A stretch of DNA of 64,000 nt from the NCBI RefSeq assembly GCF_003790525.1, contig NZ_CP033635.1; one strand, written 5' to 3'. The notes below the pieces were generated by a model, which worked only from the letters and a program-made list of their open reading frames with translations, had not been told where the DNA came from and ran no database searches. Origin of the DNA: Escherichia coli. GTDB lineage: Bacteria > Pseudomonadota > Gammaproteobacteria > Enterobacterales > Enterobacteriaceae. A program made the position numbers and the translations under genes. Position 1 is the first letter of the stretch, and every line of letters begins with the position of its first letter. This document shows positions 34,886 to 44,992 of this stretch, piece after piece.

Positions 34886-36097
34886 ATGAATACCATTTTT
34901 TCCGCTCGTATCATGAAGCGCCTGGCGCTCACCACGGCTCTTTGCACAGCCTTTATCTCTGCTGCACATGCCGATGACCTGAATATCAAAACTATGATCC
35001 CGGGTGTACCGCAGATCGATGCGGAGTCCTACATCCTGATTGACTATAACTCCGGCAAAGTGCTCGCCGAACAGAACGCAGATGTCCGCCGCGATCCTGC
35101 CAGCCTGACCAAAATGATGACCAGTTACGTTATCGGCCAGGCAATGAAAGCCGGTAAATTTAAAGAAACTGATTTAGTCACTATCGGCAACGACGCATGG
35201 GCCACCGGTAACCCGGTGTTTAAAGGTTCTTCACTGATGTTCCTCAAACCGGGCATGCAGGTTCCGGTTTCTCAGCTAATCCGCGGTATTAACCTGCAAT
35301 CGGGTAACGATGCTTGTGTCGCCATGGCCGATTTTGCCGCTGGTAGCCAGGACGCTTTTGTTGGCTTGATGAACAGCTACGTTAACGCACTGGGCCTGAA
35401 AAATACCCACTTCCAGACGGTACATGGTCTGGATGCTGATGGTCAGTACAGCTCCGCGCGAGATATGGCGCTGATCGGCCAGGCGTTGATCCGTGACGTA
35501 CCGAATGAATACTCGATCTATAAAGAAAAAGAATTTACGTTTAACGGTATTCGCCAGCTGAACCGTAACGGCCTGTTATGGGATAACAGCCTGAATGTCG
35601 ACGGCATCAAAACCGGACACACTGACAAAGCAGGTTACAACCTTGTTGCTTCTGCGACTGAAGGCCAGATGCGCTTGATCTCTGCGGTGATGGGCGGACG
35701 TACTTTTAAAGGCCGTGAAGCCGAAAGTAAAAAACTGCTAACCTGGGGCTTCCGTTTCTTCGAAACCGTTAACCCACTGAAAGTAGGTAAAGAGTTCGCC
35801 TCTGAACCGGTTTGGTTTGGTGATTCTGATCGCGCTTCGTTAGGTGTTGATAAAGACGTGTATCTGACCATTCCGCGTGGCCGCATGAAAGATCTGAAAG
35901 CCAGCTATGTGCTGAACAGCAGTGAATTGCATGCGCCGCTGCAAAAGAATCAGGTCGTCGGTACTATCAACTTCCAGCTTGATGGCAAAACGATCGAACA
36001 ACGCCCGCTGGTTGTGCTGCAAGAAATCCCGGAAGGCAACTTCTTCGGCAAAATCATTGATTACATTAAATTAATGTTCCATCACTGGTTTGGTTAA
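34886..36097 (+). CDS. dacA: D-alanyl-D-alanine carboxypeptidase PBP5, 403 aa
   Basis: SxxK active site (SLTKMMT) and SGN motif. Confidence 0.95.
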
Positions 36098-36153
36098 AAA
36101 TCGAACACTTGAAAGTGTAATTTCCGTCCCCATATACTAAGCATCAGTAAAAA

Positions 36154-36183
36154 ACTCCCGCCTTCTGGCGGGAGTTGCTATTT
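36154..36183 (+). terminator. hairpin after dacA (actcccgcc-ttct-ggcgggagt) followed by T-containing tail
   Basis: 9-bp stem read directly; T-run is interrupted. Confidence 0.5.
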
Positions 36184-36206
36184 AATTACGTTACGCCGGA
36201 GCTGAC

Positions 36207-36470
36207 ATGAAAACCAAACTTAACGAACTGCTTGAATTCCCTACTCCTTTTACTTACAAAGTTATGGGGCAGGCGTTACCTGAGCTGGTTGATCAGGTGG
36301 TTGAAGTGGTACAGCGCCATGCGCCAGGTGACTACACCCCAACGGTAAAACCAAGCAGCAAAGGCAACTACCACTCGGTATCTATCACTATCAACGCGAC
36401 TCATATCGAGCAGGTTGAAACACTGTATGAAGAACTGGGCAAAATCGATATTGTCCGCATGGTTCTGTAA
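36207..36470 (+). CDS. ybeD: UPF0250 protein YbeD, 87 aa
   Basis: full-length match to recalled YbeD; upstream of lipB. Confidence 0.93.
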
Positions 36471-36570
36471 CTCGCTTCTCCGTTACCCGGCTCCTGGTCG
36501 GGTAACTCCCCTCTCCTCGCTGTGATATACTTTTCCCCCACTTTTACTCATTCTCCACGGAGATGCCGTT

Positions 36571-37212
36571 TTGTATCAGGATAAAATTCTTGTCCGCCAG
36601 CTCGGTCTTCAGCCTTACGAGCCAATCTCCCTGGCTATGCATGAATTCACCGATACCCGCGATGAAAGTACCCTTGATGAAATCTGGCTGGTCGAGCACT
36701 ATCCGGTATTTACCCAAGGGCAGGCAGGAAAAGCGGAGCACATTTTAATGCCGGGTGATATTCCGGTGATTCAGAGCGATCGCGGTGGGCAGGTGACTTA
36801 TCACGGGCCGGGGCAACAGGTGATGTATGTGTTGCTTAACCTGAAACGCCGTAAACTCGGTGTGCGTGAACTGGTGACCTTGCTTGAGCAAACAGTGGTG
36901 AATACCCTGGCTGAACTGGGTATAGAAGCGCATCCTCGGGCTGACGCGCCTGGTGTCTATGTCGGGGAAAAGAAAATTTGCTCACTGGGTTTACGTATTC
37001 GACGCGGTTGTTCATTCCACGGTCTGGCATTAAACGTCAATATGGATCTTTCACCATTTTTACGTATTAATCCTTGTGGGTATGCCGGAATGGAAATGGC
37101 TAAAATATCACAATGGAAACCCGAAGCGACGACTAATAATATTGCACCGCGTTTACTGGAAAATATTTTAGCGCTACTAAACAATCCTGACTTCGAATAT
37201 ATTACCGCTTAA
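36571..37212 (+). CDS. lipB: octanoyltransferase LipB, 213 aa, TTG start
   Basis: TTG at 36571; matches recalled LipB. Confidence 0.92.
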   Translation: MYQDKILVRQLGLQPYEPISLAMHEFTDTRDESTLDEIWLVEHYPVFTQGQAGKAEHILMPGDIPVIQSDRGGQVTYHGPGQQVMYVLLNLKRRKLGVRELVTLLEQTVVNTLAELGIEAHPRADAPGVYVGEKKICSLGLRIRRGCSFHGLALNVNMDLSPFLRINPCGYAGMEMAKISQWKPEATTNNIAPRLLENILALLNNPDFEYITA

Positions 37213-37471
37213 TTGCATACATCAATGGCCCAATTTACACTGGGTCATTACTCATAATACCTGCTAATGCTTTACATCTCCTTCGCGTTTGTATATTTTC
37301 TTTATCACTAGCAGAAATGCGATGCTACGCCTTGCTCCGTAACTCACCCCATTGATTAACTTATTGAAATAGTTGATTATGGTGAGCAAAAGCGTTCCGT
37401 TCCAATTAGACATAAGATTATTGTAATTTTTTTTAATATTATTTTTCCATGAATAAAATTGGAGTAAGTGC

Positions 37472-38425
37472 GTGGATAGTAATAATCAAATTGAAACCTG
37501 TTTAAGCAGAAAGTCGTCAGAAGGTAAACCACAAATATTTACAACCTTACGAAATATTGATCTTAACCTTCTGACTATTTTTGAAGCTGTATATGTACAT
37601 AAAGGGATCGTTAATGCAGCGAAAGTGCTTAATCTGACACCCTCGGCAATCAGTCAGTCTATTCAGAAACTGCGCGTTATATTCCCTGACCCATTGTTTA
37701 TTCGCAAAGGCCAGGGTGTCACTCCTACCGCATTTGCGATGCATCTACATGAGTATATCAGTCAGGGCCTTGAGTCCATTCTTGGCGCGCTGGATATCGA
37801 AGGAAGCTATGATAAGCAACGAACGATAACTATTGCGACCACCCCCTCGGTCGGAGCCCTGGTCCTTCCTGTCATCTATCGGGCGATTAAATCTCACTAT
37901 CCGCAGCTTTTACTGCGCAACCCACCCACCAGCGACGCGGAAAACCAACTCAGTCAGTTTCAAACCGATCTCATCATCGATAACATGTTTTGCACCAATC
38001 GTACGGTGCAACATCATGTTCTGTTCACCGACAATATGGTGTTAATTTGCCGTGAGGGAAATCCACTACTCTCTTTAGAAGATGACAGAGAGACTATCGA
38101 CAACGCTGCGCATATACTCCTGTTACCGGAAGGGCAAAATTTCAGCGGTCTGCGGCAGAGAGTTCAAGAGATGTTTCCGGACCGGCAAATCAGTTTCACC
38201 AGCTACAACATTTTGACAATCGCTGCACTGGTTGCCAACAGTGACATGTTAGCGATTATTCCCAGCCGTTTTTATAACCTGTTTAGCCGTTGTTGGCCGC
38301 TAGAAAAACTGCCTTTTCCGTCCTTAAATGAGGAGCAAATAGATTTCTCTATCCACTACAACAAATTCAGCCTGCGTGATCCCATCCTGCACGGGGTAAT
38401 AGATGTTATCCGGAATGCATTTTGA
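37472..38425 (+). CDS. ybeF: LysR-family transcriptional regulator, 317 aa, GTG start
   Basis: N-terminal HTH (LNLLTIFEAVYVHKGIVNAAKVLNLTPSAISQSIQKLR); AT-rich coding sequence. Confidence 0.88.
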   Translation: MDSNNQIETCLSRKSSEGKPQIFTTLRNIDLNLLTIFEAVYVHKGIVNAAKVLNLTPSAISQSIQKLRVIFPDPLFIRKGQGVTPTAFAMHLHEYISQGLESILGALDIEGSYDKQRTITIATTPSVGALVLPVIYRAIKSHYPQLLLRNPPTSDAENQLSQFQTDLIIDNMFCTNRTVQHHVLFTDNMVLICREGNPLLSLEDDRETIDNAAHILLLPEGQNFSGLRQRVQEMFPDRQISFTSYNILTIAALVANSDMLAIIPSRFYNLFSRCWPLEKLPFPSLNEEQIDFSIHYNKFSLRDPILHGVIDVIRNAF

Positions 38426-38633
38426 AAAAGTATTGTTACAGCCAGATCACAGCGAAGAACGAAAAAATGGCACAATCCAACAACAATTTTACATTTTCGC
38501 GACCGCTTTGGCTGCTTTCAGGTCCGTTTCAATGATATACTGCCAGTCGTTAATTCAAAAATAGTTGATAATTACAACAATCTATTGAATTGAAACGCTT
38601 TCCTTCGTAATTCGCAACTGGAACACGCACGCT

Positions 38634-39599
38634 ATGAGTAAACCCATTGTGATGGAACGCGGTGTTAAATACCGCGATGCCGATAAGATGGCCCTTATCC
38701 CGGTTAAAAACGTGGCAACAGAGCGCGAAGCCCTGCTGCGCAAGCCGGAATGGATGAAAATCAAGCTTCCAGCGGACTCTACACGTATCCAGGGCATCAA
38801 AGCCGCAATGCGCAAAAATGGCCTGCATTCTGTCTGCGAGGAAGCCTCCTGCCCTAACCTGGCGGAATGCTTCAACCACGGCACAGCAACTTTTATGATC
38901 CTCGGCGCTATTTGTACCCGCCGTTGTCCGTTCTGTGACGTTGCCCACGGTCGCCCGGTAGCTCCGGATGCCAATGAACCAGTGAAACTGGCGCAGACCA
39001 TTGCCGATATGGCGCTGCGTTATGTGGTTATCACCTCCGTTGACCGTGATGACCTGCGCGATGGCGGTGCCCAACACTTTGCGGATTGCATTACTGCCAT
39101 TCGGGAAAAAAGCCCGCAAATCAAAATTGAAACTCTGGTGCCGGATTTCCGCGGTCGTATGGATCGTGCTCTGGATATTCTGACCGCCACACCACCAGAT
39201 GTGTTCAACCATAACCTGGAAAACGTACCGCGTATTTACCGTCAGGTACGGCCTGGTGCAGATTACAACTGGTCGCTGAAGCTGCTGGAACGCTTTAAAG
39301 AAGCGCATCCGGAAATCCCGACCAAGTCTGGTCTGATGGTGGGTCTGGGTGAAACCAATGAAGAAATTATTGAGGTAATGCGCGACCTGCGCCGTCATGG
39401 TGTGACGATGTTAACGCTGGGGCAATATTTGCAGCCAAGCCGCCATCACCTGCCGGTTCAACGTTACGTTAGCCCGGATGAGTTCGACGAAATGAAAGCC
39501 GAAGCGCTGGCGATGGGCTTTACCCATGCTGCATGCGGTCCGTTTGTCCGCTCGTCTTACCACGCCGATTTGCAGGCGAAAGGGATGGAAGTTAAGTAA
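38634..39599 (+). CDS. lipA: lipoyl synthase (radical SAM), 321 aa
   Basis: Cys clusters [12 protein letters not shown] and CTRRCPFC. Confidence 0.96.
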
Positions 39600-39630
39600 T
39601 CCTGTAATAATTACTTACATCTGTCTGATA

Positions 39631-39660
39631 AAAAACCCGCTTTTTGAAGCGGGTTTTTTG
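39631..39660. terminator. bidirectional intrinsic terminator between convergent lipA and tatE (AAAAAACCCGCTTTTTGAAGCGGGTTTTTT)
   Basis: stem flanked by A-run and T-run, functional in both directions. Confidence 0.8.
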
Positions 39661-39699
39661 TATCGAACAAGATATTGAGGGAGCGTCCTGCTCGCCACG

Positions 39700-39903
39700 T
39701 CACTCTTTATGAGAGAGCTTTTCAGCCTGAAGATCAACGTCTGCGCCTTTTTTCGCCGCAGCATCGTCATCATTCATCGCCTTCTTGAACCCTTTAATGG
39801 CCGCTCCAAGGTCTCCGCCCAGCGTACGTAACTTCTTAGTCCCAAACAGCAGAACGACCAGCGCCGCAACTACCAGCAGTTTGGTAATACTAATCTCACC
39901 CAT
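39700..39903 (-). CDS. tatE: twin-arginine translocase subunit TatE, 67 aa
   Basis: full-length match to recalled TatE ([33 protein letters not shown]). Confidence 0.95.
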   Translation of the reverse strand: MGEISITKLLVVAALVVLLFGTKKLRTLGGDLGAAIKGFKKAMNDDDAAAKKGADVDLQAEKLSHKE

Positions 39904-40031
39904 AGATACCTTCTTGACATATAACCGGCAACAGAACGCGCCTTAAAAACCAGAGAATATTAACGGTCATTCGACGCGCGCACACAATAGCAATCTGTAA
40001 CAAGGTGAATCAAGCGCCGAGTAAAAAAACA

Positions 40032-40826
40032 TCATAATAATTGCGGCGGCGCAAAGCGACGGTTGTTTAAGACGGGCAGTTGCGCGCGCACCTGACGCAC
40101 ACGTTCGGGCGTCACTTCCGCCATAATGAGTGCAGGCATTTCTGACGCTGCCGCAATGGTGACGCCAAAGGGATCTATAATCCGGCTTTGCCCGATATTT
40201 TTGTTCCCGCACTCCCCCGCCGCCACCATATAACAGGTGGTATCCAGCGCACGAGCGGCAAGCAACGTTGACCAGTGATGCTCTTTGAGCGGCCCACGAA
40301 CCCAGGCAGCAGGAAGTACCAGGATTTCAGCTCCCTGTAATGCCTGTGCCAGCGCCAGCTCTGGAAAGCGTAAGTCATAACAGGTCATCAGACCGACCTT
40401 CATCCCTTCCACCTCCAGTAACGGAGCTATTTCATTACCAGCATCAACATGGCGTGATTCCTGAATGGCAAATGCATCATAGAGATGAAGTTTGGCATAA
40501 CGGGCGACGATGTTTCCTGCCTGTAGCGCCACCAGCATATTCCATGCGCGCCCCGGCGTTGAAGGAACATGAATCGTCAGAATTGTCGTCATCATGTTAC
40601 GTTTACTTTCTCGACGTAAACGTCCGAGGAATTCGCCTTCCAGCAGCTGTGCTGATTTAACCGATAGATCTGCATCATGATCATCACGCGCCAACAATGC
40701 TTCCGGCAGGACAAACAGCGAAACGTCGTTTTCCGCCGCCTGCGCCATCAACGAGGCACAAATCTCAGCGTTCTTTTCCCACACAGATGTCACAGCAAAC
40801 TGTCCTGCGGCAACCAGCATTGCCAC
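40032..40826 (-). CDS. ybeM: CN-hydrolase (nitrilase-superfamily) amidase, uninterrupted ORF of 262-264 aa
   Basis: Glu/Lys/Cys catalytic context visible ([22 protein letters not shown]); no frameshift or stop. Confidence 0.85.
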   Translation of the reverse strand: MAMLVAAGQFAVTSVWEKNAEICASLMAQAAENDVSLFVLPEALLARDDHDADLSVKSAQLLEGEFLGRLRRESKRNMMTTILTIHVPSTPGRAWNMLVALQAGNIVARYAKLHLYDAFAIQESRHVDAGNEIAPLLEVEGMKVGLMTCYDLRFPELALAQALQGAEILVLPAAWVRGPLKEHHWSTLLAARALDTTCYMVAAGECGNKNIGQSRIIDPFGVTIAAASEMPALIMAEVTPERVRQVRAQLPVLNNRRFAPPQLL

Positions 40827-40915
40827 CTCCTCCTGTCAGAGTCGTAAAATTCGCCAACGGCGATTATTCGGCGTTACACTTATCACTCATACAAATCAAA
40901 TAGCAGGATTTTGCA

Positions 40916-41299
40916 GTGTTACAACTTCTTTTAGCAGTTTTTATAGGCGGTGGTACGGGAAGCGTGGCGAGATGGCTGTTAAGTATGCGATTTAACCCGC
41001 TGCATCAGGCGATTCCGTTGGGGACGCTGGCAGCCAACCTGATTGGGGCATTCATCATAGGAATGGGATTCGCCTGGTTCAGCAGGATGACGAACATTGA
41101 TCCCGTGTGGAAAGTATTAATCACCACCGGATTTTGTGGCGGTCTAACAACCTTCTCAACATTTTCGGCAGAAGTGGTGTTTTTGTTACAAGAGGGTCGC
41201 TTTGGCTGGGCATTACTGAACGTTTTCGTCAACCTTCTGGGGTCTTTTGCCATGACCGCACTGGCTTTCTGGCTGTTTTCGGCCTCAACCGCACACTAA
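40916..41299 (+). CDS. crcB: fluoride channel CrcB/Fluc, 127 aa, GTG start
   Basis: full-length match to recalled CrcB; four TM segments. Confidence 0.93.
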
Positions 41300-41302
41300 A
41301 GA

Positions 41303-41337
41303 CCAAAAAAAACCCGCTGATTAAGCGGGTTTTGAAT
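41303..41337. terminator. bidirectional intrinsic terminator between convergent crcB and cspE (AAAAAAACCCGCTGATTAAGCGGGTTTT)
   Basis: stem with A-run and T-run on opposite sides. Confidence 0.75.
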
Positions 41338-41352
41338 TCTTGCTGACGTATC

Positions 41353-41562
41353 TTACAGAGCGATTACGTTTGCAGCAGAAGGGCCTTTGGCACCGTTAGT
41401 GATTTCGAACTCTACGCGCTGACCTTCAGCAAGAGTTTTAAAACCATTAGTCTGGATTGCAGAGAAGTGTACGAACACGTCTTTGCTGCCGTCTTCCGGA
41501 GTAATGAAACCGAATCCTTTGGACTCATTAAACCACTTAACGTTACCTTTAATCTTAGACAT
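41353..41562 (-). CDS. cspE: cold-shock-domain protein CspE, 69 aa
   Basis: [37 protein letters not shown] with RNP motifs; ORF-track upstream extension to 41646 rejected. Confidence 0.95.
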
Positions 41563-41736
41563 CAAAATTACCTTTACATGAAAAATAGACACAAATGCTG
41601 TGTCGGTTACCAGTACACCAATTGTGGTACGCTTTGTCCAGTGCAACTTTACTAAAAAGTGATAAAAGTCGCGTTATTTTTGATGTTAATTATTTTAGTG
41701 GTTGATTTTAAAGAATTTACTAAAACTTCATTTGTC

Positions 41737-42297
41737 TCAAAACTGAAAGCGCATCCAGGCAAAGTACACATTGCCATTGTTGTAGGTACCCGGAATGTAG
41801 GTCATCTGAAACGTCGCGGGGCCATACCCCACAGAGGCCAATGGCAGTAGAACCGGGAGAGGGATGTAATTCCAGTTATCGCGTGCCGTTACGCCAGCGG
41901 TGAATCCCAGGCCTAAATGAAAATTTTCATCTGCCAGCGGTCGCCAGGTACTTTCCCATCCGTATCCGGCAATCGGTTCCCATTTGTTCCACGAGTCCTT
42001 AAATGCCATGGCATACAGGCCATGCCAGTTTCCTTTTTCGTCCCAACGCGACTGACCAAAACCGCCACCCCACGGTCGCTCGTTATAGCGATCGGTTTTT
42101 TCTTTGTCATAGGCAAAACGCGCATGCCAGGTGATGGCAGGAATATATAAATCATAATGTTCTGGCTGTTGCCAGGTTTGTGCAATATTTTCTCTAAACG
42201 TTGTCATCCACTCATCAGCGTTAGCAAAAACTTTACCAACACTGATTAACTGAATAAAAACAAAGAAAAATATAGTGACATATTTACTCACGTTCAT
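41737..42297 (-). CDS. pagP: lipid A palmitoyltransferase PagP (outer-membrane beta-barrel), 186 aa
   Basis: matches recalled PagP incl. signal peptide. Confidence 0.95.
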   Translation of the reverse strand: MNVSKYVTIFFFVFIQLISVGKVFANADEWMTTFRENIAQTWQQPEHYDLYIPAITWHARFAYDKEKTDRYNERPWGGGFGQSRWDEKGNWHGLYAMAFKDSWNKWEPIAGYGWESTWRPLADENFHLGLGFTAGVTARDNWNYIPLPVLLPLASVGYGPATFQMTYIPGTYNNGNVYFAWMRFQF

Positions 42298-42885
42298 TTG
42301 TGACCATTAAACATTTATCAAAAATCTACTACTAGCATAGCAAAGCTACAATTAACATAACCTTAATAGCCCCAACATAAAAAATAATCTGAATAGCTGC
42401 TCTATTTATTTCCGCTTGTTTAAGTTAAATATTTCCGCACATCGATTAAAGATGATGCGTCGTTTTCTGCGATGGGAATAGTCAAAAAAGAAAAACCAAG
42501 TCTTTTTTGATGACAAAATGCAATCAAGGAAAAATTATTTTATTTTTTAACGAGATACAACAATCATCTTAACGAAGTATATAATATATATCGTCAACCC
42601 ATGCTCATATTAGATTATTTTTTGAGCGCATGGCCGCAGCTAACACCATTGCAATTAACAAATTTGCATCAATCCACCATCAATTTACACACATTATTAT
42701 GTGATATTTGCCAACCGCTAAATATGCGTTTTGTTATCTACGTATAAAAACAGCAACTTCAATGTCTTAATGGCAGTTTTTCTTGATTTTAATCAGCATT
42801 CACCGCCAATTTATTGGGCATATTTTTTCCTTAGTTTTTAGGAATTTTTTATTATTTACTTTGGGGCCTGGAGACAGGAAAAATT
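42298..42885. promoter_or_regulatory. 588-bp AT-rich divergent control region between pagP and dcuC
   Basis: long non-coding AT-rich tract with no credible ORF; contains a tgtttaagttaaat motif (42417-42430) resembling a PhoP half-site pair (weak). Confidence 0.45.
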
Positions 42886-44271
42886 ATGCTGACATTCATT
42901 GAACTCCTTATTGGGGTTGTGGTTATTGTGGGTGTAGCTCGCTACATCATTAAAGGGTATTCCGCCACTGGCGTGTTATTTGTCGGTGGCCTGTTATTGC
43001 TGATTATCAGTGCCATTATGGGGCACAAAGTGTTACCGTCCAGCCAGGCTTCAACAGGCTACAGCGCCACGGATATCGTTGAATACGTTAAAATATTGCT
43101 AATGAGCCGCGGCGGCGACCTCGGCATGATGATTATGATGCTGTGTGGCTTTGCCGCTTACATGACCCATATCGGCGCGAATGATATGGTGGTCAAGCTG
43201 GCGTCAAAACCATTGCAGTATATTAACTCCCCTTACCTGCTGATGATTGCCGCCTATTTTGTCGCCTGTCTGATGTCTCTGGCCGTCTCTTCCGCAACCG
43301 GTCTGGGTGTTTTGCTGATGGCAACCCTGTTTCCGGTGATGGTAAACGTTGGTATCAGCCGTGGTGCAGCTGCTGCTATTTGTGCCTCCCCGGCGGCGAT
43401 TATTCTCGCACCGACTTCAGGGGATGTGGTGCTGGCGGCGCAGGCTTCCGAAATGTCGCTGATTGACTTCGCCTTCAAAACGACGCTGCCTATCTCAATT
43501 GCTGCAATTATCGGCATGGCGATCGCCCACTTCTTCTGGCAACGTTATCTGGATAAAAAAGAGCACATCTCTCATGAAATGTTAGATGTCAGTGAAATCA
43601 CCACTACTGCTCCTGCGTTTTATGCCATTTTGCCGTTCACGCCGATCATCGGAGTGCTGATTTTTGACGGCAAATGGGGTCCGCAATTACACATCATCAC
43701 TATTCTGGTGATTTGTATGCTGATTGCCTCCATTCTGGAGTTCATCCGCAGCTTTAATACCCAGAAAGTTTTCTCTGGTCTGGAAGTGGCTTATCGCGGG
43801 ATGGCCGATGCGTTTGCTAACGTGGTGATGCTGCTGGTTGCCGCTGGGGTATTCGCTCAGGGGCTTAGCACCATCGGCTTTATTCAAAGTCTGATTTCTA
43901 TCGCCACCTCGTTTGGTTCGGCGAGTATCATCCTGATGCTGGTATTAGTGATCCTGACAATGCTGGCGGCAGTCACGACCGGTTCAGGCAATGCGCCGTT
44001 TTATGCGTTTGTTGAGATGATCCCGAAACTGGCGCACTCTTCCGGCATTAACCCGGCGTATTTGACTATCCCAATGCTGCAGGCGTCAAACCTCGGCCGT
44101 ACCCTGTCACCCGTTTCTGGCGTAGTCGTTGCGGTTGCCGGGATGGCGAAAATCTCACCATTTGAAGTCGTAAAACGCACCTCGGTGCCGGTGCTTGTTG
44201 GGCTGGTGATTGTTATCGTTGCTACAGAGCTGATGGTGCCAGGAACGGCAGCCGCGGTCACAGGCAAGTAA
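42886..44271 (+). CDS. dcuC: anaerobic C4-dicarboxylate transporter DcuC, 461 aa
   Basis: polytopic membrane protein; matches recalled DcuC. Confidence 0.93.
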   Translation: MLTFIELLIGVVVIVGVARYIIKGYSATGVLFVGGLLLLIISAIMGHKVLPSSQASTGYSATDIVEYVKILLMSRGGDLGMMIMMLCGFAAYMTHIGANDMVVKLASKPLQYINSPYLLMIAAYFVACLMSLAVSSATGLGVLLMATLFPVMVNVGISRGAAAAICASPAAIILAPTSGDVVLAAQASEMSLIDFAFKTTLPISIAAIIGMAIAHFFWQRYLDKKEHISHEMLDVSEITTTAPAFYAILPFTPIIGVLIFDGKWGPQLHIITILVICMLIASILEFIRSFNTQKVFSGLEVAYRGMADAFANVVMLLVAAGVFAQGLSTIGFIQSLISIATSFGSASIILMLVLVILTMLAAVTTGSGNAPFYAFVEMIPKLAHSSGINPAYLTIPMLQASNLGRTLSPVSGVVVAVAGMAKISPFEVVKRTSVPVLVGLVIVIVATELMVPGTAAAVTGK

Positions 44272-44279
44272 ATAGTCAT

Positions 44280-44308
44280 GCCGGAGGCAAGTTTCCTCCG
44301 GCTTTATC
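44280..44308. terminator. hairpin between convergent dcuC and dpiA (gccggagg-caagttt-cctccggc)
   Basis: 8-bp stem followed by T-rich TTTATCA. Confidence 0.55.
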
Positions 44309-44311
44309 ATG

Positions 44312-44992
44312 TCACCCACTGTGGTATATGCGTTGCGGTCTGCCAACTTTGCCGTGAACAATTTCAGCAATAATCAGATGGCGGCTGGCGCAATATTCAA
44401 GATAACGTCTGGCAGTGGTGCGGCTGATAGTCAGTGCCTGCGCCACCGTTTCTGCCGTATGTTGCACACCAGGCTCTTTAAACAGTTTTCGCACTGCGTT
44501 TAGCGTCAAGGGGTCAATGCCGGTCGGCAGTTCGTCTTTGGGTTCACCGCGAGCATAGGCATTAAACATCTCATCAATTTGCTTCTGGCTGGCGCTATCA
44601 ATACTTTCCAGCATATGTTTACGCTGGCGGAAACGGGTTAGCGTTTGCCCCAGCCGTTCATAGGCAATGGGCTTAATGAGATAATCAAATACACCACAAC
44701 GTACGGCTTCAGACACCGTTTCCATATCGCTGGCTGCAGTGGTAAACACCACGTCGCCGGGATAATGCGCCTGCACCAGTTCATGCAGTAAATTAATCCC
44801 TCTACCGTCAGGAAGATAGTTATCGAGCAAGATTAGCCCCGGCTTAAAACGCTCGATCATCATTCGGGCCTGCGCCAGGTTTCCCGCCAGTAATATCTGA
44901 CTGAATCCGGGAATGTGACGAATATATTCCGCATGCATCTCTGCCAGCGGCGTTTCGTCCTCAACGATCAATAGGGTTAATGGAGCTGTCAT
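44312..44992 (-). CDS. dpiA: two-component response regulator DpiA (CitB), 226 aa
   Basis: receiver domain with phospho-acceptor context LILLDNYLPDG; C-terminal HTH. Confidence 0.93.
   Translation of the reverse strand: MTAPLTLLIVEDETPLAEMHAEYIRHIPGFSQILLAGNLAQARMMIERFKPGLILLDNYLPDGRGINLLHELVQAHYPGDVVFTTAASDMETVSEAVRCGVFDYLIKPIAYERLGQTLTRFRQRKHMLESIDSASQKQIDEMFNAYARGEPKDELPTGIDPLTLNAVRKLFKEPGVQHTAETVAQALTISRTTARRYLEYCASRHLIIAEIVHGKVGRPQRIYHSG

Noticed and set aside
40827-40915. Possible fluoride riboswitch upstream of crcB
   Set aside because: The 89-bp spacer is shared with the divergent ybeM start and shows no recognisable crcB-motif pseudoknot elements; as far as I recall E. coli crcB is not riboswitch-controlled
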